Assembly: GCA_010356995.1 (NCBI GenBank)
Contig: ML996696.1
Coordinates: 932,364 to 996,363, forward strand
Direction: 5' to 3'
Source: Trichodelitschia bisporula
Taxonomy: Eukaryota
DNA length: 64,000 nucleotides
The notes beneath the pieces were generated by a model. It did no database searches. It was not told the origin of the DNA and saw nothing but the letters and a program-made list of their open reading frames with translations. Of the stretch, positions 1 through 12,710 are shown one piece after another. Numbering within the stretch: position 1 is the first letter of the stretch; every line of letters starts with the position of its first letter. The position numbers and the translations under genes were made by a program.

Positions 1-2274
1 CTGGCGACTGAGATCCATGTGCTGTACGGTACTTTGATGAGATGGGAAGTGCGAGGCTAAAGGTGCCCGAGATGTGGTGATCTTGGTGGGTGAGGGGGAT
101 TGGAGGGAGTGGGATTTCGATGACATATCGGTATCTGGATCGCGGGATGGGAATCTGTTATTCAGATAGGCTTCAGGCACCTTTCTTTGGGTGCCCGCTT
201 ACTGGCGCTCCAATTCGGTTGTGTATAGATCTGAGATACGTATATAGGATACTGATGCTTTCACAATGATGCGCTTCCTCCCGCCATACCTCGTCGACCT
301 TAGCATTTACCAAGCTCGGCTGGCTTACACCTGCACCTCCTCCTCCTCCACCTCCTCAACCTCCTCCATCCCCCTCCACCTCAACTCAACCTTACCTACG
401 ATAAGATCAATGATCCTGCCAGCAACACGGTAAAAAACACCGTGATCTTCGACCCGTCGTCATTCTCCCCCGACACCATAGAACGACCACGGCTCAAAGA
501 TCACAGTGTGGTTTACTGCGCTGTTGACTGGGTCATTGGCCTGCACTACCACTCGGACAACGTCGTTCCAGCTCAGCAAGTCGCGGTCCTATCTGTTGAC
601 CTGTTTCCATTCGACCTCGACAATCGACACCTCTTTTAGGTTCACCACATGCTCTCTCTATATCGGTGTCCGACTACTTGTCTCTCCAGTTCCCGGCCGG
701 TTTCTGTTCCTCCTGGTCTATGGTCCTTCTGGCTATGCATTGACGGCAAAGGTCTTCAGCACTAGTTCCTTCGGACAGGGACTTCCACACCATCCAGTCC
801 ATGGTGCAATTGTCATTCCAGGGCCATGCTGCACCAGAAAGACCTCCAGGAGGATATCGCAATCCTCCGGGAGAGGTGGTGCTCGCGCGACGCTGGTTTC
901 GCAGCCATCACTGGCGAGTTCTCGTCAACCCCCTCAACCAGCAATGCGACGGCTTCCACCAAGGCCCTTTGGCCCACCATGACCGTTATCGCCTAGGCCT
1001 TCGCAGAAGTTTACCCTCCGCCTGTCTACCGCAACCCGATCATGTCCAGCACCACCACCACTCGCCACAGCACCCCCCCGCCAATAACCCTCGAAGATCA
1101 CCCGGCACCCGACCCTAGCATACAGCCCACAAATATCAGGGAATAGGGTGCAAGCACTCCCGAAGCCGCTGCGGGGACGTCCCATTCCGCTGGCAAAGTG
1201 TTGATGAAGCCTTCGTAGGGTCCTCTAAAGATAGGTTGCTTCCAAATACCCCAGAAGGTCGCCTGGAAGCAACTCCTCTTCAGAGGACTCGTCCCAAGCC
1301 AAATCAGGACCTGACTAGTTGGATGGGGCGGAGGAAGGGGTTGGCCTCGTCTAGTGTAATTACAATGTAGTTTTTCCTACCCACCTGCATGACTGTATGG
1401 ACTGAAAGGGACTCTCGTTCTTGGTTTGATCCGCCCTGTAACGATGCTAGGATCTCTCATCTTCGTGGGTTCGCCGGGCTCGAGCCAGAGTGTATCGTAC
1501 AATCCCATTCCCGGTTGGGCCATCGGGATTCTCGCAAGGACTTGTGTACTTGCTGCGGACGCTCATCTCGTCGCGCATTGTTCCACCCAATTAACATCCG
1601 GATATCAGTCCTGCCGATGCTCAGAGCCTCATGCCCGATGGTCTAGCTACGATCACCGTGATGCACCTTTTATATGTTTTGAATTTCACAGGGACTTCAT
1701 TTCAATGGACTGGATTCGCGAGACGTTCTTTTCTTTTGACCTGAACCTTTTAACTGAACCTCACTTCCCCAGCATCTCTTAGAACCCTCCTAATGCTGTG
1801 CATAGGTATCCTTGAGAACTTGAGGTCAGAGACCACTTGAACCTACAGTATACGTCCTTGGTTCGCCCAAGGCATGAACCCATCAAATGGGTGCCGGATG
1901 CCAAGCTCGTTAATGCCGATTCGTGCTAAGCTTGAGTCAAGCCTTTTGTCGTGTCTTGGGACTCTTGGTACGTAAAGCTTATCATAACCCTAAGTTTTAG
2001 CGCAGTATTGTGGTTGACGACATCTTTTACCTTCACCAGCTGATATAGACGTAAGGGGTCTCTCGACTCTCTTCTTCTCTTCGTCTTCCATCAGCTCTTC
2101 ACTTCACACCGTAGCAATTTGCACGTGTCAAACCTATGCTTCCATTACCAGCGCGCCAGATCACCACAGCGAAGCTTTACCGTCGCCAAATATTCAATTG
2201 CATCGCGAAGGTAGCGATCGTGAATTACAACAGACATTACCATTTACACCGTCAAAAACAAACCCCCCCGCGCT

Positions 2275-3856
2275 CTACACCTCCTTGCTCTTGTTCGCCT
2301 CAGCACTCTCCGTCGATAGCACGCCCGCCTCCTCATCATGCAGCCCCCGTCCGTGCAGCGTGCTAACCTCCGCATCATCGGCAAAGCAATACGCCGCCTC
2401 GCCATGGATCGCATCATCGCCCGCCAGCAGCTCTTCCTCCGTCATGCGCAGCGGCACGCGACACACGTACTTGATAAACAGGCAGATGAGGCTCGTCCAC
2501 ACCACGTTCCAGCCGATAATGAACAGCGCCCCGGCAAGCTGCCACCCGACCTGCTTTCCGTTGCCGGCGATGGCGCCGCCGGGCGTTAAGAGGGCGAAGG
2601 CCGCGCACCCTTCCGCGGTCGCGAAGATTCCGGTTAGGAACCCGCCCGTTACGCCGGCGACTAAGTGCGTGTGGAACACGCCCAGCGTGTCGTCGACCAT
2701 TTCGAAGAAGGCGAGCCGCTTGCCGAGGATGTTCATTGTTACCCATGGGAGGGACCCCGAGAACAGGCCGATGATGATCGCACCCCACCCCGCCACGACA
2801 CCTGTCCCGTCAGCAACCCCGCGCTCACGCTCTCTGCAAAGAACCCAACTTACCAGCTGCGGGCGTGATGGCAACGAGACCCGTAATCATGCCCTGCACC
2901 GCGCCGACCACGCTCGGCTTCTTGAAAAACGTGATGTCAAGGATCGTCCATACGAGTAAGCTCACCGCCGTCGCGATGTTAGTATTGAGCACCGCGGCGC
3001 CGGCGTCCGGACTCGCGGCATACGGATCACCACCGTTGAACCCGTTCCAGCCGACCCAGAGGATGCCGCACCCCACCAGCGCCAGGAGCACGTTGTGCGG
3101 CTTGAAGTTGTCGCGGTCCTGCCTGAGCCGCGGGCCGACCCAATAAGCGGCCACGAAGCCCGCCGTGCCGGACGAGACGTGGATGACGTAGCCCCCTGAG
3201 TAGTCGATGACGCCGCGCTGGAAGAGGAAGCCGCCACCCCAGAGGGAGAAGGCACCTGGATCATTAGCGGGGACGGAGGCCGGGCCGGACGAACCCACCG
3301 ACGGTGTACGAAAAGGTCAGCCAGAGCGGCACGAAGATCATCCACGCCTTGAAGTTCATGCGTGCGAGCAGGGCGCCCGCGAGGAGGATGACCGTGATGG
3401 CCGCGAAGACGAACTGGAAGTACACCATGGTCGCGCTGTTGAAGTTGGGCTTGATGGCCGCGGTCACGAGGTTCGCCTGCGAGAGCTCCGTGTGGCTGCT
3501 CAGGATGGGGCCGGGGATGCCGACCAGCCCCGGGATCATATGGTCGCCGAAGGCCATCTTGTAGCCCCACACCACCCAGACCACGAGCACGGCCGCGAAG
3601 GCATAGAAGCACATGAAGGCGCTGTTGATGGCCCATTTGGTCTTGACGAGGCCTCCGGGCGGGTTAGTAGGGATGGAGCCGGGGGGGGAGGGGGGACGTT
3701 ACCCGCGTAGATGACGACAAGGCCCGGCAGCGACTGCAGCGCAACCAAACTCGCCGCCGTCAACTGCCACGCCTGATCGCCCTTATTCAACCACTGCGGC
3801 GCGAGGGGATCATCGGGCGCGCCGACGGTATACGCATTGGTCGTATTATCCGCCAT
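2275..3856 (-). CDS. Ammonium transporter (Amt/MEP family), 4 exons; introns 3702-3653, 3298-3256, 2853-2802
   Basis: The spliced translation MADNTTNAY...[25 protein letters not shown]...[10 protein letters not shown]...[12 protein letters not shown]...[11 protein letters not shown]...[10 protein letters not shown] contains typical Amt motifs including both pore His residues. GT..AG introns with CTAAC/CTGAC-type branch sites restore the frame. Confidence 0.95.
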
Positions 3857-4013
3857 ACTCAGCCTTGCTCCGTCGTCGAAATGCACAAGGTATCAAAATC
3901 ACAGCCTTTGCAAAAAAAGCCGAAATCAGACGGTCCGTCCTGTTTAGCAGCGGGTAAAAAACGGGCCAAAGCTCTCTCTCATTTTCTTAGTCTCGCGTCC
4001 TTTCCCCAAGCCT

Positions 4014-4740
4014 TTATCCCCCAGCTTCCCCGAGCTCAAGCTACCCCCGCGCCCTCCCCGCCCTGCATACAATCTCCCTGCGCCCATCCCGCCGCCGAAA
4101 GCTACCCTGGGCCCGGCGGCCCATTGGGCGTAGATAACGGCGCCGGCGCGCGCGAGTTCGAACATTCCGCGCAGACGCGCCGTGGATGGCGGGTAGCGAA
4201 ATAGGGAGGCGCAAAGCGTGAGCAACGGCAATGCCGCCTGGCTGTCATTCTTGTGACTGTTATCTGATACCGCGACCGTGGCTGAGTCTCCGGTTACTGA
4301 CAAGGAAATCACATCGGCCCAGCCGCCGCCGGGATTGGCGCGGCGCATTCAGGTGCGGATATCCCGGTCGCACTGGTTGAGCAAACCCCGCGGGGCTAGA
4401 CATCGACCCCGCCGTCGTTTCCTGGGCAGTAGCCGCGATCGTCGCCGCGTAGCGCTGCTTCCATGTCCGCGTTCCTGACCTCCCAACCCCAAACCCACTC
4501 CTACGAGGTACCGGCATGCATCGCCAACCCACCAATCACGCCTCCCCACCGCCCGGCTCATTCCACCCTTCTCACGCCATCCCCGCGGGCGCAGATAAGC
4601 CCCCCGCCCAACCAATAAGCGCCAAGCATCGGTCCAGGGGTGGACAGCGGGGTGCAAAAGCGACCGTGATAGCGCGGGGTGGTTGAGCCGGAGGGACGAG
4701 ATAGGCGTTGCGGCGTTTGAGGTGCGCGGGGGTTTTATCG
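4014..4740. promoter_or_regulatory. Cluster of GATA (HGATAR-type) sites upstream of the ammonium transporter; putative AreA/NIT2 nitrogen-regulation sites
   Basis: AGATAA 4132, TTATCT 4260, AGATAA 4593, TGATAG 4667, AGATAG 4699, TTATCG 4735 and TTATCC 4014, all within about 900 bp of the ATG. GATA-factor control of fungal MEP genes is established. Confidence 0.6.
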
Positions 4741-5887
4741 CCTGCGAGAGCGCCGTTGGGGGGGTGGTGAAGTGATGATGCCGTGTGGTGTACGGCCGTG
4801 GGGCGGGCACGTGTGGCGAGGGTGTCTCCGAGGGGGGACGTTGGACCGAGAGGAGGGAAATGCCGCACACGTGCGGGTTCATGTGGGTTGTGCGTCGCTG
4901 GGGTTGTCGGCAAGCCGACGGCCGGCGGCGGCAGGGGGCGAATGTACGGCTTCAAGAGCCTCCGAAGAGTCGTTCAACCCATGTTTTCGAGGCGAGAGAA
5001 GAAAGAGGTAGTCCAGACGGCGAGCTTGACATCCGCAGCGGGCAGTCGCCCTTTAAAAGCTCCCTGCCAAGCTCTGGACAAGATGCTAATGAGATTGCTG
5101 GTTCTCGGCGGGCGACTTGGCGCGGGACACGAGGCTCGGCGGGGGGCTCGGCGGCGATTCTAGCCGCGCTAGCCTTGTGGGGGTTTGGATGGATGGCCTA
5201 GGTACGTAGGGCGAGGGGAGAGGGGGTCGTGTGCTTTTTTACTTTACCTGGATCGAGAGAGGAGTGGATGAGATGGAGGTGATTGAATTGCTGGGTGGAT
5301 ATTATCTCGATGGTATCGGGTATCGCGGACGGCGGCGATGTCGGGGCCTTTCCCGATCGGTGTCGATGCGTTCGAGCGGTCGCGGCGGTATACATTCGTA
5401 TCGGGCAGAGGGTGAGGATTGGGACCTTTGGAGAGAAGCGTGGAAGTTGCGACGGCATACAGGAAGGTCCCGAGCCCACACCCGTCGGAAGTGTCGAAGA
5501 TATCAGGATTCCGGTACGTAGTCCAACTGTCCTCATGAACGTCTTTTTCTTCAGTAATAGCAGAGCCATCGATGGGAGTTCAGCCGTACGCCCTCGTCGA
5601 AGTCAGTCTCTCTTACTGCTTCGCCCTAACTCGACTAGCATATCAGGTCCTGTGTCCTGGCCCCGTCTAGACCTTCCCCGGTGCGTTCTTTAGCCAGATT
5701 CCCGCACGGCGTCATATCCCCTGAACCCGGGAGTTCACACCTCACGCATAGAAAGCCAGTTCCCATCCCTTGATTAAGCAACTAGCCGGCCCTCCTCCCT
5801 CACCATGAGAGACCCCCTCGTCTAACTGAGAAAATACCCCCAACCCAACCCTAACCCTCCAACACCCCCCCGCCCTTCAACCATAAC

Positions 5888-8586
5888 CTACTTCCTAAAC
5901 GTCCCACTCCTCCCCTCCCCTCCCCTCTGCACCCTACCCAGTCCACGGGGCGCATCCAACAACCCCCGAGCATACCCCTCAACCTGCCTCTTCTTCCCGC
6001 GCCCCGCCGGCGCCCCGCCCCTCCCCTCGCGAACCCGCCCATGCAACACACTCGGCTGTGCCTCATAATCAAACGGCACCGCCTCTACAGGTTCCACCGC
6101 AGCCCCCCCTCCCCCCTCCTCCGCCTTCTTCTTCGCCTCCGCCTTCGCCGCCTTCCTAGCACGCTTCTTCTCCTTCCCCGCCGCGCGCTTGCGCGCCATC
6201 CGCGCCGCGCGCCCGGCCTCGCCCTCAGGCTCGGGCATCGTGTCTTCCCCTGCAAGTATTTCACCTTCGTCCCCCTCCTCGACTTCTCCGCCCTCCAACG
6301 CACCGTCCATATCTCCCTCCTCTTCCCCTTCTTCAGTCTGCGGGACAACCAGCTCGCCCTCACTCTCCGCCATCCGTTCCCACCCCTTCTTCCTCTTCGT
6401 CCCCCGCCCCCCCAGGCCCTTAACGCTGAACACGTCGTCCACAGCCGCAGCACTAATCCTCTCCTCCTCACGGACAAACACATGCTTCGCCCCCGCCGCG
6501 CGCACCGTATCCTCAGCCGCACCGAAGACATCAGCCCCAACATCAGGCAGCGGCAGCGCAAGCCTAACATCCGTATGCACATTGCGCTTCTGGGCGAACA
6601 CCCCGCCAACAGCCCGCAACGCAGGTCCCCAGAAGCGGCTCGCGGGCGCGGGGTCGGCGTGTGCGATCGGGGCCGCGGGGGGTGCCCCATCTAACATAGC
6701 TGCGTCGTCCGGCGAAGCCTCCTTCGCGGCTTCGGCTTTGACAGCGGCTTTAGCAGCGGCCTTGGCCTCGCGGACCGCAGCGCGTTTGTGGTAGCCTTCG
6801 TCGATGACGGCTTCGACTTCGCGCATGACGGTGTTCATGTCCGGGCCGTTTTTGCCGTCTTCTACTGCCTTTGCGACGACGGCTATGATGTCGTCGCCGC
6901 GGAGGCGCATGATGGGGGAGACCTGCCCGGCGACCTGGTAGAGTTTGGTTTTATCCGTCGGGAGACTACGGGCGATGCTGAAGAGCGCGTGGTTGGTCAT
7001 GACATAGTGAATACTCTCATCCTCCTGCCTAGCCACACCATCGCGCCAGTGGTGCAGCGCGCGGAAAGCGGCGAATTGTTCGGGGGAGAACATAGCCGGT
7101 GTGCGGAAGAGTTGCTTGTACCACCCTATTGGGCCGAGGCCGTGTGCGACGTCGTAAACCGGGTATTCGTAGCGCTGGAGCGAGGTTTCCTTGCTCTTGT
7201 CCTGCACCTGCCGGATTAGGTTGCTGTCTGGGTCGGAGGAGGAGAGCGAGGTGGAGGAGGCGATGAGTTGGTTGCGCAGGTTGTCGTAGATGTGCAGCAG
7301 GAAATGGGTGTCTGAGCGGGCGTAGGCGAGGAGGTCGGCGGAGAGGGGACGCGTGCGCCAGTCCGCGAGCTGGTGCTGCTTTTGCGCTTCGAAATTGATG
7401 AACTTGAGGAGTAGATATGCGAGGCTCTTCGCTGGGTAGTTGAGCGCGCAGGCTGCGTGGTACGTATCGAACAGGCCGACGACGTAGAGGCCCAGATCGC
7501 GCTGCAGCCAGATGATGTCCGATTGGGCGCCGTGGAATACCTTCAAGACCTTTGGGTTGGCAAAGACCTCGTTTAGGCACTCCAGGCGCCGCCGCCATGG
7601 CTTCAGCGTGTCGACGATCCAGTCGCGGTCGCGTGTGCTGATCTGCATCAGGCATACGATGCCGGGGTACGAGCGGTGGTCGTGGTGCTCGAGGTCGATG
7701 GCGACTTCCTTCACTTTCTTCAGTTCTTTGAGCATCTCGGCCAGGCCGTCTAGAGTGTCGACAAAGGTTGCCTCTGTCTTGTCAAACGGTGGGTAGGGCC
7801 GCGACTCTGCGGTGGTGTAGAGTGAGTTGGGGAACTCGTAAGCCTCGATTTCGTCCTGGTAGGGGTGCCCATAACCGTTGGTTCCGTATCCAATGCTTTC
7901 TTTCAACGGCATCATAGCGTGGGGCTTCTGCGTTAACAGTGGCTTGAATTTCCGGCCCTCAGAGTTGTCCTGCTTGTCATCGAACAGCGTCTGCGGCTTC
8001 TCAATATCATTTTTCGTCCGCGGCATGCCCTTATGCTGCGGTCTGACGGGCAACGCCGCCGGCGCCGTAGGAGCAGGAATTTGCTGCTCCCATCAGCTCT
8101 AATCTCTTCGGACGAAAGAAAACTCACCTCAGGCAACCCATTCCTCGCCCTCTTCACCCCATCCAAGCACCCATCCGCCCTCTCAAGCAAGCTATCGAGG
8201 ACGTCAACCACGTCCCTCCAGCCCGTATCCAAGTCCTCTACATCGCGCAGGCGGACACCGGCGCCGGCAGCAGGTGGAGGGTTACGTACACCCGTATTGC
8301 GTGTATGAGCGGCCTGAACCTGCGGACCTGCACCGGACGACGCGACCGAAGCATCGCCCGCGGCGCGCTGAAGCAGGCGCTCGGCAAGCGAGAGAAGGCG
8401 CGCATTTTGGGCGTCGAGTTGGGCGCCTACGTCTCGGTTCAGGGTGCGTTGGAAGGGGAGGTCTGTCGCGACGAGGGCGTTTGCGGCGCGGGTGGTTTGG
8501 AGGAGGGAGGAGGTTATGGTGGTGTAGAGGGCGGTGATGGGGGAGGGTGTCGGGTCGGTCTCGGGGGATGGAGAGTTAGATGACAT
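5888..8586 (-). CDS. RRP6: Exosome-associated 3'-5' exoribonuclease Rrp6 (PMC2NT, DEDD exonuclease and HRDC domains); intron 8127-8084
   Basis: Motifs VAIDLEHHDHRSY, CLMQISTRDRDWIVDTL, FHGAQSDIIWLQRDLG, QLADWRTRPL, YARSDTHFLL and HRDC WRDGVARQEDES. A 44-nt intron joins ORF 7933-8586 to ORF 5888-8053. Confidence 0.95.
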
Positions 8587-11272
8587 TGTTGGGTTGGACG
8601 GGCATTTGTGGTGGTTTAGGGGGGAAAATTGGTGGTGATGGTGAGGGAGGAGGTGGAGTGGTCGTGATGGCCGAAAAGTTCTGACGGGACACGACGTTTG
8701 GCTTATCGATAAGAGACGCGCTTGGCGCGTTTACGGGTGAGGCTGGCGGGGCGGGCGAATCGTGACTGATCGACTGGGCCAGCCTTGCGGCGTTTGATGC
8801 TGTTGGTTAGAAATGTATGGAGCGTCGGGCGAAATCACACTTAAAAAATGGGTTCGATAGCTGAGAAGGCAGTTTTACTTCGCGGCATGCAGACAAACAG
8901 TTCCTAAAGATCTACGATTGCGGACGATGCGGAATGCTCCTTGTGTACGGATACAGAATGCAACAACGCTTTGAGCCGCAGAATACCATCTCTTGAGGAA
9001 ATGGACTGTGCATTTAGACGTCAGAAGGGTGGCTTGATTGGCAGATGTTTCGGTTCCCCCCTCCTTCTCACAAGACATCGGCCTGTGGCCAATTGGCGAA
9101 ATGGGAGCAGTCCTCCGTTGCCTCTCCGTTGCCAGATTACCCTGACCAGGAAGAGACACCGAGCCTCATCGCGTGGGAGATGGGCAGCCGGATCTACAAG
9201 GTCTTCTTCCTAGGCTTAGCGATCGTTGCTAAAGACTACCCAGTCCCCCTCTTAACCTCGTCTCAGTGATATCAACACAGCTTCATGTGCCTCAAGTTAT
9301 GACAGCTCATCACAACACCTGGCTTTCTCTGGTCGAACATGCTGATGAACAATTAGGTTATGATTAATGGCCTTGCTTCACCGCTTGAGCCCTCGGAGAT
9401 CAAACATCGTGTCTCTCCATCAGACTTACGATCGTCACAAGGAGCATCATCTCGAGGCTGAGTTCCATGTGGGAGTACAAGGGTTAAATGGAAAGGTTCG
9501 GAAAGGCAGGGATGCATCCGAGCATAAAGTGCCTGTCCATGTACCTCCTTCGGTACTCGATATATGGCCCTTGCTGCCACATTTCCGAGAGGTCACCAGT
9601 CCAGCCTGTGCGATCTATTGCCAGGAGTACTCGCTTCTTGGGTAGGACTTGGATGTTTCAAACCGATTATGCTGTCCGACATAGCACATGTCCATGCTCA
9701 GTCATAAGAGGGCGTCTCTTTCTCGCTTCTCTCCATGACCATGACGCTGTCTGCATAGAGTAGGACGAAGTGTAGTCGCTTCCTCTGGTCGGTTCGGAAA
9801 TTTCCAGCTCGAGTGAGAGAGTGTGGTGATGCCAGGAAGCGTTCTGGGAGATCTTGGACAGGGACTGATGCAAACTGGGGACGGGGTGAAGCGAGTATGG
9901 GTCGTTGACACTTCCGTCCGTCAGTCAAGTCGACCAGCGTCACGACTTGACAGACGGGTCACCTGTCCCTCATCATTAGCAGCAACAACCTCACGATCAC
10001 TCACACTTCGAACATCACCACTCCAACTCCCTCCCCATAAACCCTAGAGAGCCTCGGCTAGACCCGAAACACTGGCACATGTCCCGACAACATCAGTAGC
10101 GGCAACCAGGACCGGGCGCGCTGCAGTGTGCAATCTAGACAAAGTGCGCCCGTCCAGGGCCCGGCAGTTCATCCCATCGTCATTCCATCCTTCAATCGAC
10201 TCTGGCCAGCTCCAATCTCTCCATAAACCAGGCACAACACTTACCAGTAGCGAGCCAGCACTCCGTTGACTTGACTTTCCAGTCCCGGCCCTCCCCCTTC
10301 CGTCACCCCCGGTCTCACAACTCTCAACCCTAGTACACCACACTGCCCCTCGTCCCCGCACTCCCGCCTCGCCTGGCAGCGCATCCCGGCGCGGATGGCA
10401 CATGGCATGGCGCGTGCGGACGGGCGGACGGACGGGCTTCGAGAAGAGTGAGAGAAGGTGTGCGCATGGACGGGGTGCGGAGATGCGGGGGATGCGATGA
10501 TGGCCGTTGGGCCAGGGATCGTGGGGATTGGGGGGAGTACAGGACTCGGATGAAGGGGGTGGGTGATCCAGATGCAGGTACGGGCGATAGGAGGAGTGTT
10601 TGGTGTTCGGGGGAGGATGGGGATTGAGGGCGAGATTGCGACGGTTGCTACTTGTTACGCTGGATGGGGCGTGGCGGTGTTTATTAGATGGTGGGTTCTG
10701 CGGTCCAGTCCGTCCTAGTGTCGAGGCTACTTGATCTGCTTCTTTACCTCGTGCCAGCTTTAGTTGTGCTTCTAGAACTACACGTGCGGATATCTCTACT
10801 TTTATCTACACACCTCGCCTCGTTTCTTCTTGAAGTTCTTCTCTTTCATCCCCATCTCCCGATTCTCGCCTCCGCCGCTTACAGACCGCTACTGTCAAGC
10901 AAGCTGATCGCCTTGTCGCGCACAGCCAATCGAATCGCCTCACGGCCTGCTTACTACTGCAGGCCACACAAGCCGGCCGCAGCCCAAAGCCATTCCACCT
11001 CAATCCACCTCATCCCCCCCATCAACTTCGCCCACAAACCCCACCGCTCTCGTTGCATCTCCAACATCACCACCTCCATATCTCCACCTCTCTCTAATCA
11101 CCAACTGGTCTTCCACCTCATCCTCACCGTCACCCACCAACATCCACGCGACGTGAAACCCGCCAAAACACCCTCACTCAAACACACACACCGCTCCTTC
11201 AACCCATCATTCCACCGCCACAATGGCGCCCTGAACAACCCAAAGCAACATACACACACCGAGGCATCCGCC

Positions 11273-12469
11273 ATGGATTTCATAGTACGTCCTCCCCTCC
11301 CCCAATGGCGCCTCTAACTAACACACACCCAGCTCTCCCTCGCCCACTTCTGCGAAGTCCACGGCCCCACCTCCATCCTCTGCACCCAACTCGCCCCCCA
11401 AACCTGCACGTCCTGCCTCCACAGCCATCAATACACCCACTCCCCCTCCCCCACCTCCAGTCCAACCTCCCCCCCGCCCTCACCAGACGAATGGCTCTAC
11501 AACACCCCCCTCTCCTCCCCCAGCAGCCCCGGCGCACACCTCTCCACCTCAAACCCCTACTTCGCCGTCCCCCCGCGAAAAGAGTCCTACCCCCTCCCGG
11601 ACCCCACCTCCTGCGACACCTGCGACGCCTGCGCCTTCCTCGTCCCCTCCACCCTCTCCTCGAACCTCCCCGCCGGAGCCCCGGGCTCCCCAACGCTCGA
11701 CGGCAAAGGCCGACACGGCTCCCCCGTCCTGCGCACCACACAATCCATCCTCGTCCCCACCCTCACCCATAATAACCCTTCCCATCCCTCCTCCGACCCC
11801 CCCTCCCCCACCTCCTCCGCCTCCTCCACCTCCTCAGCCAGCACTACCCCCCCAACACACACCCACCGCCTAACCTACGTCTCAACCCGACACCCGCCTA
11901 ATCCCGGCGCCTACACCCTTTTGCGGCGCGCCTGCATCCGCACCCTGAGCTGCGAGAACCTCCCCCGCGGCTCCCCCTCCGGGCCCCTGTACTTCGGCGA
12001 CCCGATCGCGGGCTACACCGTCGCATACGTCTTCCGCCTCCCCGACCCGCGCGCGCGCGGCAGGCGGCGCACATACGCGCTGCTCGCGTTAGGCGGGCGG
12101 GATGCATGGCGCGTGTCCGCAGCGTACGTGCGCCTGACGCGCAAATTCGAGCAAATCGCCGCTAGGATCGTGGCACTCGCCGAAAAGGCCCTCGAAACCC
12201 AGAACCACGAACGTCGTGACTCAACGGGCATGCCCAACGGCCGGGGCAGCGCTCCGTCGTTGGGGGGAAGCGGAAAGGGGACCCTGAGTGATGTTAGTTC
12301 TTTTCTGGTGGCGAAGACGCGCGATCCGGATGGGTTTTGGGCGAGGGGGGGGAGGGATGTGGGCAGGGCGAAGGGGTTGGCGGAGATTTGTGGGCGGGAG
12401 GATTTTTTTGTGGAACTTCATGCTAGGTTTTGTGTTATTCTTGCGGGGTTGGTGGGGGAGGAGGGGTAN
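11273..12469 (+). CDS. LST7: Folliculin/Lst7-family protein; intron 11285-11332; probable stop codon TAN at 12467-12469 abuts an assembly gap
   Basis: The spliced start MDFI/LSLAHFCEVHGPTSILCTQ and RRACIRTLSCENLP...GPLYFGDPIAGYTVAYVFRLPDPRARGRRRTYAL are folliculin N-terminal signatures. Exon 2 is in frame with ORF 11921. Confidence 0.88.
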
Positions 12470-12518
12470 NNNNNNNNNNNNNNNNNNNNNNNNNNNNNNN
12501 NNNNNNNNNNNNNNNNNN
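12469..12518. other. Assembly gap (50 N)
   Basis: Run of n characters. Confidence 1.
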
Positions 12519-12710
12519 GAGTTCGGGTGCTGCGTTTTAGCGTGTTGATGTTACTGTTGTTGTTGTGAGGTTGTTTTTTGTTCTGGGAATGAGGGGGATA
12601 CCCGGTGTGGGAGAACGGGGTGCGGGTTGATTCATGATGATAGATAATACGTGTGTGAGAGCGAGAGGGTGGTATTACTGAGACGACCATGTACGATATA
12701 CGATGACGGG

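Noticed and set aside
1..126. Open frame MSSKSHSLQSPSPTK... on the - strand running off the window edge
   Set aside because: Only 42 codons with no recognisable motif; it may be a gene start but cannot be supported.
266..1800. Several 60-160 aa ORFs
   Set aside because: No family motifs and no coherent exon structure.
12634..12681. ATGATGA...CTGA as a C/D box snoRNA
   Set aside because: Under 50 nt with no terminal stem and no identifiable rRNA guide.
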